33,116 nt of DNA from Thaumarchaeota archaeon S13 (GCA_003724275.1 RHFA01000102.1:1-33116); one strand, 5' to 3'. Shown: positions 17,638 through 24,282, numbered from the stretch's first letter. Translations and numbers: made by a program. The notes: a model not told the origin generated them from the letters alone.

Positions 17638-17664
17638 CTGATCGCGCGCGCGGGCCGCGGCGGG

Positions 17665-17672
17665 CTTAAATT
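17665..17672 (+). promoter_or_regulatory. TATA-like box CTTAAATT for the ArdC-like gene
   Basis: AT-rich octamer 22 nt upstream of ATG 17694, in the divergent corA intergenic region. Confidence 0.4.
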
Positions 17673-17693
17673 CGGCGTCGCGCGGGTACGTCG

Positions 17694-18725
17694 ATGGGCA
17701 GGACACGCAAGCCCGCGCCCCGCGCGAGGCCCTCGGGAAACACGCCCCGCGCCGACCTCGTCCTGCGCCGCCTTGTTGACGAGTTCAAGAGCGGGGGGAT
17801 CACCGAGACCATCAGCAAGGTGGCCATCCTGAAGGACCCCAACGACAACCGCCCGTGCATGTCATGGTCCCTCAAGAACCGCGTGCTCATGGTGGGGCAG
17901 GGCACGTTTGACGCCAGGAACGTCGCGCAGTGGAACAGGGTCAACCGCAGGGTCATCGCGCGCAGGTCTGCAATCTATATCATAAAGCCGCTCTATGCGT
18001 ACTCGTGCGCGCACTGCGCAAAGGGCGCCGCGCGCGAGGCGCACCTCCGCTACGCAAGGCCATCGGGCCTCTTTGAGTGCGCGGCATGCGGCCTCTCGGT
18101 GGAGCCGCGCGCGGTCCGCGGCGGGTCTGATCCTGCCGTCCTGCGCAGAATCCGCGGGTTTGGGTGCCAGCCGGAGTTTCGCGTCGAGGACACGGTGGGC
18201 GACGCGCTTCCCGAGTACGCGCCCGCACGCCCGCCGCCGCTCCACGGCGTCGCCGCAAAGTGGGGCATACAGGTCAAGTACCAGGTGGATCCGAGCGGGT
18301 CGAGCCTTGGAAGCTATGAGGCGCGCTCGAACACCATACACCTCGGCACCGAGAGCCCTTGGGTCTTTTTTCACGAGATAAGCCACGCCGCAGACAGCAT
18401 GGTCCTTGCGCGCTCGGGGCGCGCGCTAAAGGGCGGCCAGGATCCCATCCAGGAGGCCGTCGCGCAGCTCTCGGCATGCGTCCTCTCAGAGATGTACGGC
18501 ATGGGCTCCACTCGCGCGCACACGCGCGACTATATCCGCGCCCAGGCCAGGGGATCAGGCGAGCGCGAGCTCGTGCGCCTCGCGCTTGACGTGCTAGACA
18601 GGGTCGAGGGCGTGCTTGGCCTCATTCTCTCCACGGCGCAGGAACTTGGCGGCGCCACGGCGTCAGGCCAGGAGGATGGCCATTGCGGCGACGGCGCACG
18701 AGCCGGCAAAATACGGGACCATTAG
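17694..18725 (+). CDS. ArdC-like protein: ArdC-N-like ssDNA-binding domain, CxxC...CxxC zinc ribbon, and C-terminal HExxH zincin metallopeptidase domain
   Basis: The N-terminal half (PCMSWSLKNRVLM ... ARNVAQWNRVNRRVIARRSAIYIIKP) resembles the ArdC-N pattern (PY.G.N..LL ... W.TF.QA..LGG.V.KGEK). CAHC...CAAC is a zinc-ribbon-like insert. The C-terminal FFHEISHA followed by QEAVAQLSACVLSEMYGM resembles the ArdC/polyvalent-protein metallopeptidase motif HE..HW...EELVAELGAAFL. Confidence 0.6.
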   Translation: MGRTRKPAPRARPSGNTPRADLVLRRLVDEFKSGGITETISKVAILKDPNDNRPCMSWSLKNRVLMVGQGTFDARNVAQWNRVNRRVIARRSAIYIIKPLYAYSCAHCAKGAAREAHLRYARPSGLFECAACGLSVEPRAVRGGSDPAVLRRIRGFGCQPEFRVEDTVGDALPEYAPARPPPLHGVAAKWGIQVKYQVDPSGSSLGSYEARSNTIHLGTESPWVFFHEISHAADSMVLARSGRALKGGQDPIQEAVAQLSACVLSEMYGMGSTRAHTRDYIRAQARGSGERELVRLALDVLDRVEGVLGLILSTAQELGGATASGQEDGHCGDGARAGKIRDH

Positions 18726-19358
18726 CGGGATCACGGATATGACATACTCTGTCCGGGCCATGATCTCCGCCGAGTCCGGCGGGCCGGGAAGGAGGGCCAG
18801 CCTCCTGCGCCCCCCGCGCGTCACCTCGCCCGCAAAGCAAAACCTCTCGCCCCGCCTCCTCCGGCGGACCACGAGGAGCGCGGCGGCCTTGCGGATCGCC
18901 GGCTCGTCAACGCCGCCAAATATGCTCCCCGTGCGCGCAAGCTCGGCGAGGTTTGGCACGACGGTGCGCGCAATGTGCGCGGCCCCGGCGGCCAGGGCGG
19001 CCACGAGCATGGCCACGGGAAGGGCGGGAATCCCCGCCGCGCTGGGGACCAGGACGCCAGAGATGGCGATCATGGCCGCGTCCCCCCTGGCCACCAGGGT
19101 GCCGCGCAGCGACATGGCGCCCACGGCGCACGCGACGCCCATCCACGCGGCGTCGTGCGGCTGCGGCCACGCCCCCTGCGCGGCCCAGCGCACGGCGAGG
19201 AACGCCGCGCACGCGACTCCCATGAGCGCCAGGGCCCAGTGCGGGATTCCGCGCTCGCGCAGGTCATAGAGCGCCGCCACTCCCACCATGGACGCGGCCA
19301 GGACGGCGCCTGCGGCGGCCCCGTCTAGCAACCCGCGTCCCCCGCCGCGCACGCGCAC
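18663..19358 (-). CDS. Archaeal prepilin/preflagellin peptidase (aspartic peptidase family A24, PibD/FlaK-like)
   Basis: Polytopic hydrophobic protein with two candidate catalytic Asp motifs, YDLRERGIP and ARGDAAMIAISG, about 60 residues apart, as in A24 enzymes (D...GxGD). The second motif is ARGD rather than GxGD. The track start is GTG 19358. An alternative TTG at 19331 would put the first Asp at residue 23. Confidence 0.65.
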   Translation of the reverse strand: MRVRGGGRGLLDGAAAGAVLAASMVGVAALYDLRERGIPHWALALMGVACAAFLAVRWAAQGAWPQPHDAAWMGVACAVGAMSLRGTLVARGDAAMIAISGVLVPSAAGIPALPVAMLVAALAAGAAHIARTVVPNLAELARTGSIFGGVDEPAIRKAAALLVVRRRRRGERFCFAGEVTRGGRRRLALLPGPPDSAEIMARTEYVISVIPLMVPYFAGSCAVAAMAILLA

Positions 19359-20143
19359 GTGATCAGCCGCGAGGCGCCCTCGAGCGTGTCGCGCTCGTCA
19401 ATGACGGCGTGCAGGGACGAGAGGACGTGGGAGTTTCGCGCAAAGAGCGGGTGCGCGTGGTCCGGGGATATTATGGCGCAGCGCATGCTCTTGTTGACCG
19501 TGATCATCCCCTGCCCCTCGAGCTCCCAGAGGGCGCGCATGATCTTGGTCTTGCTGCACTCTGGAAACTTTCGGGCGCACATCATTGCGGTGCACGGGAT
19601 GGACATGACTGCCCTTGTGCGCCTGACGCCGGCATGGCATGCGCACCCGTCGCCGCAGACCGTGGCGTTCTCTGGCCTCTGTGCGCCGTACGAGCTCACA
19701 ACCGAGGCCACGCACAGCGCAAAGGGGCTGAGGCGCCACCGCAGCGCAAACGCCGCCCACCGGCCCGCAGGGGTGAGCCTCATGCAGACCATCTTTTTCC
19801 GGTCGCCGGGCACGGGGATTCCCATCCCGCGCGCGTCAGTCAGCAGCACAAACCCCTCGGGCATGTCCGCGCGGCCTGCGCACCTCTCAACCTCCACAAG
19901 GCACGTCGAGCGCATCATGTCGCGAAAGCCCCTAAACCCGCGCATCTCGCCGTGCAGGACTGCCATGCTTGAAGTCCCGGAGCTCTCGCCCACGAGCAGC
20001 AGGATGAGGAGCCTGTGCAGGCGCCCGCCGAGCTTCACCCCCCTGACGCCCAAGAGCCCGCCGGCGCCGCTCGTGCGCGCGCCTCGCGAGGCGGGGACAA
20101 ACGTCCCGTCCTCAAAGCTTCTCTGAACTGAGGATGCACACAT
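19325..20143 (-). CDS. Cys-rich hypothetical protein with a possible C-terminal winged-helix segment and a degenerate P-loop-like motif
   Basis: It sits in an overlapping minus-strand gene chain. Composition is balanced, unlike the Ser/Pro/Arg-rich plus-strand ORF 19359-20126, which shares wobble positions and is probably its shadow. LLILLLVGESSGTSSM resembles a Walker A context lacking the Lys. KTKIMRALWELEGQGMITV looks wHTH-like. Cys clusters: CGDGCACH, CTAMMC, CACAAGDAGC. Confidence 0.45.
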   Translation of the reverse strand: MCASSVQRSFEDGTFVPASRGARTSGAGGLLGVRGVKLGGRLHRLLILLLVGESSGTSSMAVLHGEMRGFRGFRDMMRSTCLVEVERCAGRADMPEGFVLLTDARGMGIPVPGDRKKMVCMRLTPAGRWAAFALRWRLSPFALCVASVVSSYGAQRPENATVCGDGCACHAGVRRTRAVMSIPCTAMMCARKFPECSKTKIMRALWELEGQGMITVNKSMRCAIISPDHAHPLFARNSHVLSSLHAVIDERDTLEGASRLITCACAAGDAGC

Positions 20144-21227
20144 GCAGCTTTCTCCTCTTTAGCTCTGGAACCAGCTTTTCCAGCTCTGACGGCTTGAACT
20201 CGCCAATGTGGATCACGCCCTTTCTTGCGCGCATGAACTTTATGGACCTTGCGGGCACCTGGTATATCCCCTCCTCGCCGTCTATTCGCCTTGCGTACAC
20301 CACGCCCTCGCCCTCCGAGTCCTCCAGGAGGTATGCGCGCATCTTTGAGTCGACATAGATCGTCGACCCGTGCGGGCACTTGAATGCTATCCTCCTGCTG
20401 CCTGCGGGCGCCTTGGAGCCGGCCTCGACCATGGTTCCCTCCTCCGGCGCGCCTGCCTCCTCCCCGTCGCCGCGCGCGGGCCTGCCCCGCGTCCCCTCGC
20501 TGCGCGTCATTAGCGTGACAGACACGGGCTCCTCCTCGACGACGTCCTTCCTGCTGTTGTGCGTCTGCCTGATGCGGGCCTCCATCATGGTGGGCCACAC
20601 AAACCTGTGCTCAGACCCGCCGCTCGTCTCGCCCACAATCTCGCGAAGCGCAATGGCGGCGTCGTGCTGCGAGTCCACGTGCTGCCTAAAGACCCACTCT
20701 AGGAGCGACATGGGAAACGTGTGGTGCACCTCATAGTAGACGGCCGACAGGTCCTTGATCAGGCACCCCAGCTCGTCAAGAGCGCTCTCGTTCACCGTGA
20801 ACTGCAGTATCCTCGACGTGAGCCTGTTCATGCTCAGCCGCCCCAATATCGACTCGTCGCTGTCGTTGAGCTTTCTCATGTACACTATGGCCCGCAGGAG
20901 CTGCACGGGGTTTGGGGGCGCGTTCATGTTGTGGCGCACGTGCATCGCGATCACCTCCTGCTCGCTTTTGGCCTTGTGGACCCTTGCGGCTATGGTCTTC
21001 TTGCCGCTCCTGCGGTGGGCCTCGACTATGAGGTGCCCGTCGATTATGTACTTGTGGTCGCCAAGGGTCGCCACCACCACGGTCTTTTCCGTGCCATTCT
21101 TGGCGATGTCAGCGGAGACGTGCGCGGTCTGCTTGCGCGAATGCATGTGTATGTGGACGGGCGCCCCCTCCAGCTCGTCTATCCTGAGGGTTCGAAGCCC
21201 GCCCTGCTCGCCGCCCTTGCCGCTCAA
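20112..21227 (-). CDS. ParB/sulfiredoxin-fold N-terminal domain protein with an unknown C-terminal domain
   Basis: LRIDELEG ... VVVATLGDHKYIIDGHLIVEAHRRSGKKTIAARV matches the ParB N-terminal (ParBc) pattern: I..L ... PV.V ... Y.I.DGHHR..A....G...I...V. It is followed by a helical region, an acidic Gly/Glu linker, and a roughly 90-aa beta-rich C-terminal domain. The TTG start at 21227 overlaps the upstream stop as TTGA. Confidence 0.6.
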   Translation of the reverse strand: MSGKGGEQGGLRTLRIDELEGAPVHIHMHSRKQTAHVSADIAKNGTEKTVVVATLGDHKYIIDGHLIVEAHRRSGKKTIAARVHKAKSEQEVIAMHVRHNMNAPPNPVQLLRAIVYMRKLNDSDESILGRLSMNRLTSRILQFTVNESALDELGCLIKDLSAVYYEVHHTFPMSLLEWVFRQHVDSQHDAAIALREIVGETSGGSEHRFVWPTMMEARIRQTHNSRKDVVEEEPVSVTLMTRSEGTRGRPARGDGEEAGAPEEGTMVEAGSKAPAGSRRIAFKCPHGSTIYVDSKMRAYLLEDSEGEGVVYARRIDGEEGIYQVPARSIKFMRARKGVIHIGEFKPSELEKLVPELKRRKLHVCILSSEKL

Positions 21228-22054
21228 TACCTGACGTCCCCCCTCACGGAATCAAAGACGCGGTTTCCCAGGACGGCGCGAAAAGTGCCCCTCGTGCGGT
21301 TCTTTTCGCTCATCGAGGCCGGGAACGTCGAGTACTTTTGGCGTGCCTTCCTCCACAGCATCTCCCTGTCACGGCCGTCGAGGCCAAGGTTCCTCGACGC
21401 CGCGTTGAGAAAGGTGTTAAAGTAAAAGCCAGGCGCACTGTACCCGCTGTAGAGGCCGAGCCTCCTCGCGTCGACTGCGAGCATGCCGTATATCTTTAGG
21501 GCGCTGTGGGTGCTCCGGAGGTTGCAGCAGTCCCCGATGGCGGCCCGCAGGTCGGCCTCGTTTATGACGCATGCGCCCCTCTCGCGGCACGTGTTGTAAA
21601 AGGCGAAAAACAGTATGTGTGACGGGCGGTGGCCCGTGTTGCGCCTGAGCCTGGAAAAGACAAACTCCACCTCGCTCCTCACGGACTCCATGATCCCAAA
21701 GCGCTCGGCAATGTGGCGTATCCTCTGGCGCCACACGCGGTCCGCATTGCCCTTCCCGTACACGACCCTTGCCTTGCCGCGCAGCCTCGGGCTTGCGGTC
21801 CCTAAAAGCTCCGGCACGCCTGCGGCGCCCCGCAGGGGGGCAGTGCGCCCGTCATCCTCGTGCGAGGAGGCTCCTGCCCACTCTATCCTCCCCACGACAT
21901 TCCCAAACACCCTGCACACAATCTCGCCCTCCCCCTCGCACTGGACCAGGCAGCGGGTCCCGTGATACGCGCACCTCGACTCTGGCGCCTGCGGGTGCCG
22001 TGCGGCGCCCCCAAAGGCGGCCATGCGGGAGTTTTGCGCCTGACGCGTCTCCAT
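21224..22054 (-). CDS. Divergent TFB/TFIIB-like transcription factor paralog with a degenerate zinc ribbon
   Basis: CAYHGTRCLVQCEGEGEIVCRVFGNVVGRIEW aligns to the TFB ribbon/B-reader pattern CPEC....L..D...GE.VC..CG.V..E..., but with CxxH and Phe replacing Cys ligands. LLGT is linker-like. The cyclin-like core SHILFFAFYNTCRERGACVINEADLRAAIG compares with AA.LY.ACR..G.PRTL.EI. Confidence 0.55.
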   Translation of the reverse strand: METRQAQNSRMAAFGGAARHPQAPESRCAYHGTRCLVQCEGEGEIVCRVFGNVVGRIEWAGASSHEDDGRTAPLRGAAGVPELLGTASPRLRGKARVVYGKGNADRVWRQRIRHIAERFGIMESVRSEVEFVFSRLRRNTGHRPSHILFFAFYNTCRERGACVINEADLRAAIGDCCNLRSTHSALKIYGMLAVDARRLGLYSGYSAPGFYFNTFLNAASRNLGLDGRDREMLWRKARQKYSTFPASMSEKNRTRGTFRAVLGNRVFDSVRGDVRY

Positions 22055-22080
22055 ATCCTCGCCTTGCCATGAAAATACTA

Positions 22081-22093
22081 GTTATTAAATTTG
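22081..22093 (-). promoter_or_regulatory. TATA-like box for the TFB-like operon (AAATTTAATAAC on the minus strand)
   Basis: It contains the same TTTAATAA core as the TSP3 gene promoters, 27 nt upstream of ATG 22054. Confidence 0.55.
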
Positions 22094-22205
22094 TCCATCA
22101 GCTCTGAAATCCGCACCTGGGCCCAGGCGTGGGCGGGGCTCCCAGGAACAGGCCCCCTGCGCGGGGGCGCCCGCGCCTGGCCGCCCCCTGCGCCCGTGGG
22201 GCCCC

Positions 22206-22943
22206 CTAGAGGAGGATCTCCGTGGCGTTCCTGCCCTCCTCGGTGAGCGAGACCCAGCGGTTCCTGCCCACCTTTTTGACCTCGACAAACCCCCACGCCT
22301 CCAGCGGCCGTATTATCCCCTTGTCAAGCATGGCAAACCTGGCCTGCGAGTAGTTGGCCCCCGTCGAGCCCACGCTTATGATCCCCTGCCTGTCGGCCGC
22401 CTCGGCGAGCTCCTTTTTTGTGATCTTGCCGCCCCTCTCGGCCATGATGCCGAGCGTCCTGACAAGCCTCTCCTCGGGAATCCTGATCTCGTACGAGGGT
22501 ATCGGGACGATCTCCCTTATGCCCGTGGAGGCCGGCTCGCCCTCAAAGCCGGCATAGTCACGGGCCTCGGCGTAGAACGGCTTGACGCCCCTGCCCTCGC
22601 CAAACATCATTGCGGCCATCATGCCGGCCACGGCCTGTATCTTTGAGCCCGACGCGAGGTTCACAAAGACGTCGTTGCCCTCCTCCCTCTCGAGTATGCC
22701 CCTGACGGCCCTGATGATCCCAAAGAGCGACCGCCGGTCATGGGCCTCGCGGGCAACGGCGATCCCCTCGCCCTCTAGGGCCGCGGCGACGCGCTCGATT
22801 ATGCCCGTGGCCCTGTCCTCGTTTGGCTTGTCGTGGACGAGCAGCCACACGCGCTCGGCCTTTAGCTCCACTGCGGGCAAGACTATGCGGTCAATCTCGT
22901 ACCCCACTGGCGCCACGTGGACGCGTGCCCTTACCAGCCCCAT
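22206..22943 (-). CDS. Transcriptional regulator: N-terminal Rossmann-like (Csa3/CARF-like, HFX_2341/DUF6293-like) domain plus C-terminal winged helix
   Basis: Track ORF 22206-23183. ATG 22943 (MGLVRARVHVAPVGYEIDRIVLPA) follows an AT-rich box. VHVAPVGYE...RVWLLV...VFVNLASGSKIQAVAGMMAA is the beta-alpha pattern of Csa3-type ligand-binding domains. The C-terminus KITKKELAEAA...GFVEVKKVGRNRWVSLTEEG is a typical wHTH. The fold assignment is by eye only. Confidence 0.5.
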   Translation of the reverse strand: MGLVRARVHVAPVGYEIDRIVLPAVELKAERVWLLVHDKPNEDRATGIIERVAAALEGEGIAVAREAHDRRSLFGIIRAVRGILEREEGNDVFVNLASGSKIQAVAGMMAAMMFGEGRGVKPFYAEARDYAGFEGEPASTGIREIVPIPSYEIRIPEERLVRTLGIMAERGGKITKKELAEAADRQGIISVGSTGANYSQARFAMLDKGIIRPLEAWGFVEVKKVGRNRWVSLTEEGRNATEILL

Positions 22944-22962
22944 TGTATGTTCAGTATGCACA

Positions 22963-22987
22963 CTATGACAATGATACATAATAAACC
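22963..22987. promoter_or_regulatory. AT-rich divergent promoter region shared by the regulator (minus) and the PIN gene (plus)
   Basis: The 62-nt intergenic region 22944-23005 is the most AT-rich stretch in the window (..ctatgacaatgatacataataaacc..). TTATTATGTAT on the minus strand lies about 31 nt from ATG 22943. ACATAATAAA on the plus strand lies about 20 nt from ATG 23006. Confidence 0.5.
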
Positions 22988-23005
22988 TTGCCCGATCTGG
23001 CAGGC

Positions 23006-23419
23006 ATGGGACAGTCGATCGCCCTGGACACGTGCGTGGTGATAGCAATGCTCGAGAGGCCCGGCCTGGCGAGGTCGCTGCGCTCGTCCCTGAGGGGCAA
23101 GCGGGCCGGCGTGGTCCTGCCCGACACGGTCCTCTCTGAGGTCCGACGCGTGCGCGGGCATGGGGCCCGGACTGTCCTGGCAAGGGTGGAGCGCCTCCTT
23201 GGCCGCCGCGTCTCGGTCGCCGTCACGGGGGCCGCGCACAGGAGGCACGCCGGCGAGATACGCTCGCGCTATGCAGTGTGCCACGCCGGCGACAACCTGA
23301 TCGTGGCCGTCTGCTCCTCGCTCGACCTCGTCCTCGTCACGTTTGACCGCATGCTATTGCAGGCCTGCTCGTTTGTGGGCATCGCCGCGCTCCACCCTGC
23401 CGAGATGGGGGGGCTCTAG
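23006..23419 (+). CDS. PIN-domain ribonuclease (VapC-like), no adjacent antitoxin ORF recognised
   Basis: The four conserved acidic positions appear in order: IALDTCVV, TVLSEVRR, HAGDNLIVA, LVTFDRML. Size is about 137 aa. ATG 23006 is in frame within track ORF 22988-23419. Confidence 0.7.
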   Translation: MGQSIALDTCVVIAMLERPGLARSLRSSLRGKRAGVVLPDTVLSEVRRVRGHGARTVLARVERLLGRRVSVAVTGAAHRRHAGEIRSRYAVCHAGDNLIVAVCSSLDLVLVTFDRMLLQACSFVGIAALHPAEMGGL

Positions 23420-23576
23420 GTGCGCGCCGTCCCTGCGCTCCAGTGGCCGCCGGCGGGGGCTCCCCCAGGCCCTCCGGGCGCCGCCGCGATGGCCGCGCGC
23501 CGCCGCGCGCGCCAGGCCGCAGTCCTCGTGGATCCCGTGCCCGCACAGGCGACCGCCGAGGCGGCCTCGAAGCACC

Positions 23577-23592
23577 AAAACATAACCTATAG
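23577..23592 (+). promoter_or_regulatory. Possible TATA-like box (AAAACATAACCTATAG)
   Basis: The only AT-rich patch in the GC-rich 23420-23614 spacer. GTG 23615 lies 23 nt downstream. Confidence 0.3.
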
Positions 23593-23614
23593 CCTGGTCA
23601 ACGGCCCGCGCCAC

Positions 23615-23926
23615 GTGCGCGAGAGGCCGATCGACCTTGCCGGCGCGCTGCGCGAGATGGACGGCCTCAGCCACGGCACAGAGAACTTTATGCAGCTCAC
23701 AAACCACGACGCCGCCAGGGACGGCTATGTCCAGTTTCTCCGCCTGGGCGACGCCTGGTGGTACGCGGACATACCGATCCACGCGGCCAATGACTGGACG
23801 GGCTATGTGTGGGGCTGCGAGACGCCGACGCGCCCGCTGGCCGACACGCTGCGCCTCTTTTTTGAGGACAGAGGCCGCCGCTCTCCATCTCTGGCGTGCC
23901 CGGGGGCACAAGGTCGCTTGCCATAG
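23615..23926 (+). CDS. Hypothetical Trp-rich ORF, possibly the displaced 5' part of the PEBP gene
   Basis: The distal part of track ORF 23420-23926 has protein-like composition (GDAWWYADIPIHAANDWTGYVWGCE), unlike its Arg/Ala/Pro-rich proximal part. MQLTNHDAARDG weakly resembles PEBP N-termini (M.L.S.AF.DG). It runs in a different frame across the start of the PEBP homology. Confidence 0.3.
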   Translation: MRERPIDLAGALREMDGLSHGTENFMQLTNHDAARDGYVQFLRLGDAWWYADIPIHAANDWTGYVWGCETPTRPLADTLRLFFEDRGRRSPSLACPGAQGRLP

Positions 23927-24240
23927 TCATGGACGACCCTGACGCCGTGGCGGCAGTCGGCAAGCAGTGGGTCCACTGGACGGCGTGGAACATCGGCGCC
24001 GGCACCGCCGAGATCGCCGGCGGCCTGCCGGCGGGGGCCGTTGAGGGCAGGACGGACTTTGGCGAGGTGGGCTATGGCGGGCCGGCGCCGCCGGACCGCG
24101 AGCACGTCTATGTCTTTTCGCTGTATGCGCTTGACGCCGAGCTGGACCTAGAGCCAGGGGCGGCCAGGGACAGCCTCGAGTCCTCGATGCGGGGCCACAT
24201 TGTGGCCACGGCGCGCCTTCGCGGCAGGTACGCGCCCTAG
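23866..24240 (+). pseudogene. PEBP/YbhB-family protein, N-terminally truncated or frameshifted
   Basis: PPLSISGVPGGTRSLAIVMDDPDA ... WVHWTAWNI ... GYGGPAPPDREHVYVFSLYALDAELDL ... GHIVATARLRGRY are canonical PEBP motifs. The conserved PPLSISG segment begins two codons after an in-frame TGA (23863-23865). The first available start (GTG 23896) lies inside the conserved core. Confidence 0.55.
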
Positions 24241-24270
24241 GGGACGCCCGCGCCCCCCAAATCCCACAAA

Positions 24271-24282
24271 AGACTAATAACC
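24271..24282 (+). promoter_or_regulatory. TATA-like box (AGACTAATAACC) for aglB
   Basis: AT-rich box about 28 nt upstream of ATG 24308. The track start TTG 24284 is only 4 nt away and is therefore unlikely. Confidence 0.45.

Noticed and set aside
19359-20126. Plus-strand 255-aa ORF antisense to the Cys-rich orphan gene.
   Set aside because: Its codon wobble positions coincide with those of the minus-strand ORF (a shadow frame). Its translation is Ser/Pro/Arg/Thr-rich with no motifs. The minus-strand ORF fits the overlapping operon chain. Strand choice remains only moderately certain.
21188-21200. GGGTTCGAAGCCC, which resembles a tRNA T-loop.
   Set aside because: The flanking bases do not form a T-stem or acceptor stem. 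There is no anticodon arm context, and it lies inside the ParB-like coding region.
22095-22205. GC-rich 110-nt spacer with a duplicated CCCCCTGCGC motif between the regulator stop and the TFB-like promoter, considered as a small RNA or att site.
   Set aside because: There are only two short imperfect repeats, no matching copy was found elsewhere in the window by eye, and no structure is evident. The evidence is insufficient.
23420-23614. The proximal part of ORF 23420-23926 (MRAVPALQWPPAGAPPGPPGAAAMAARRRARQ...) and the antisense ORF 23354-23911 as genes in the PIN-PEBP spacer. I also considered whether this 195-nt GC-rich spacer encodes an RNA.
   Set aside because: The translations are low-complexity and Arg/Ala/Pro-rich. 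I could find no tRNA-like arms, C/D or H/ACA box arrangement, or strong extended hairpin by eye. I left it unannotated. A covariance-model scan (Rfam/Infernal) would be the proper test.
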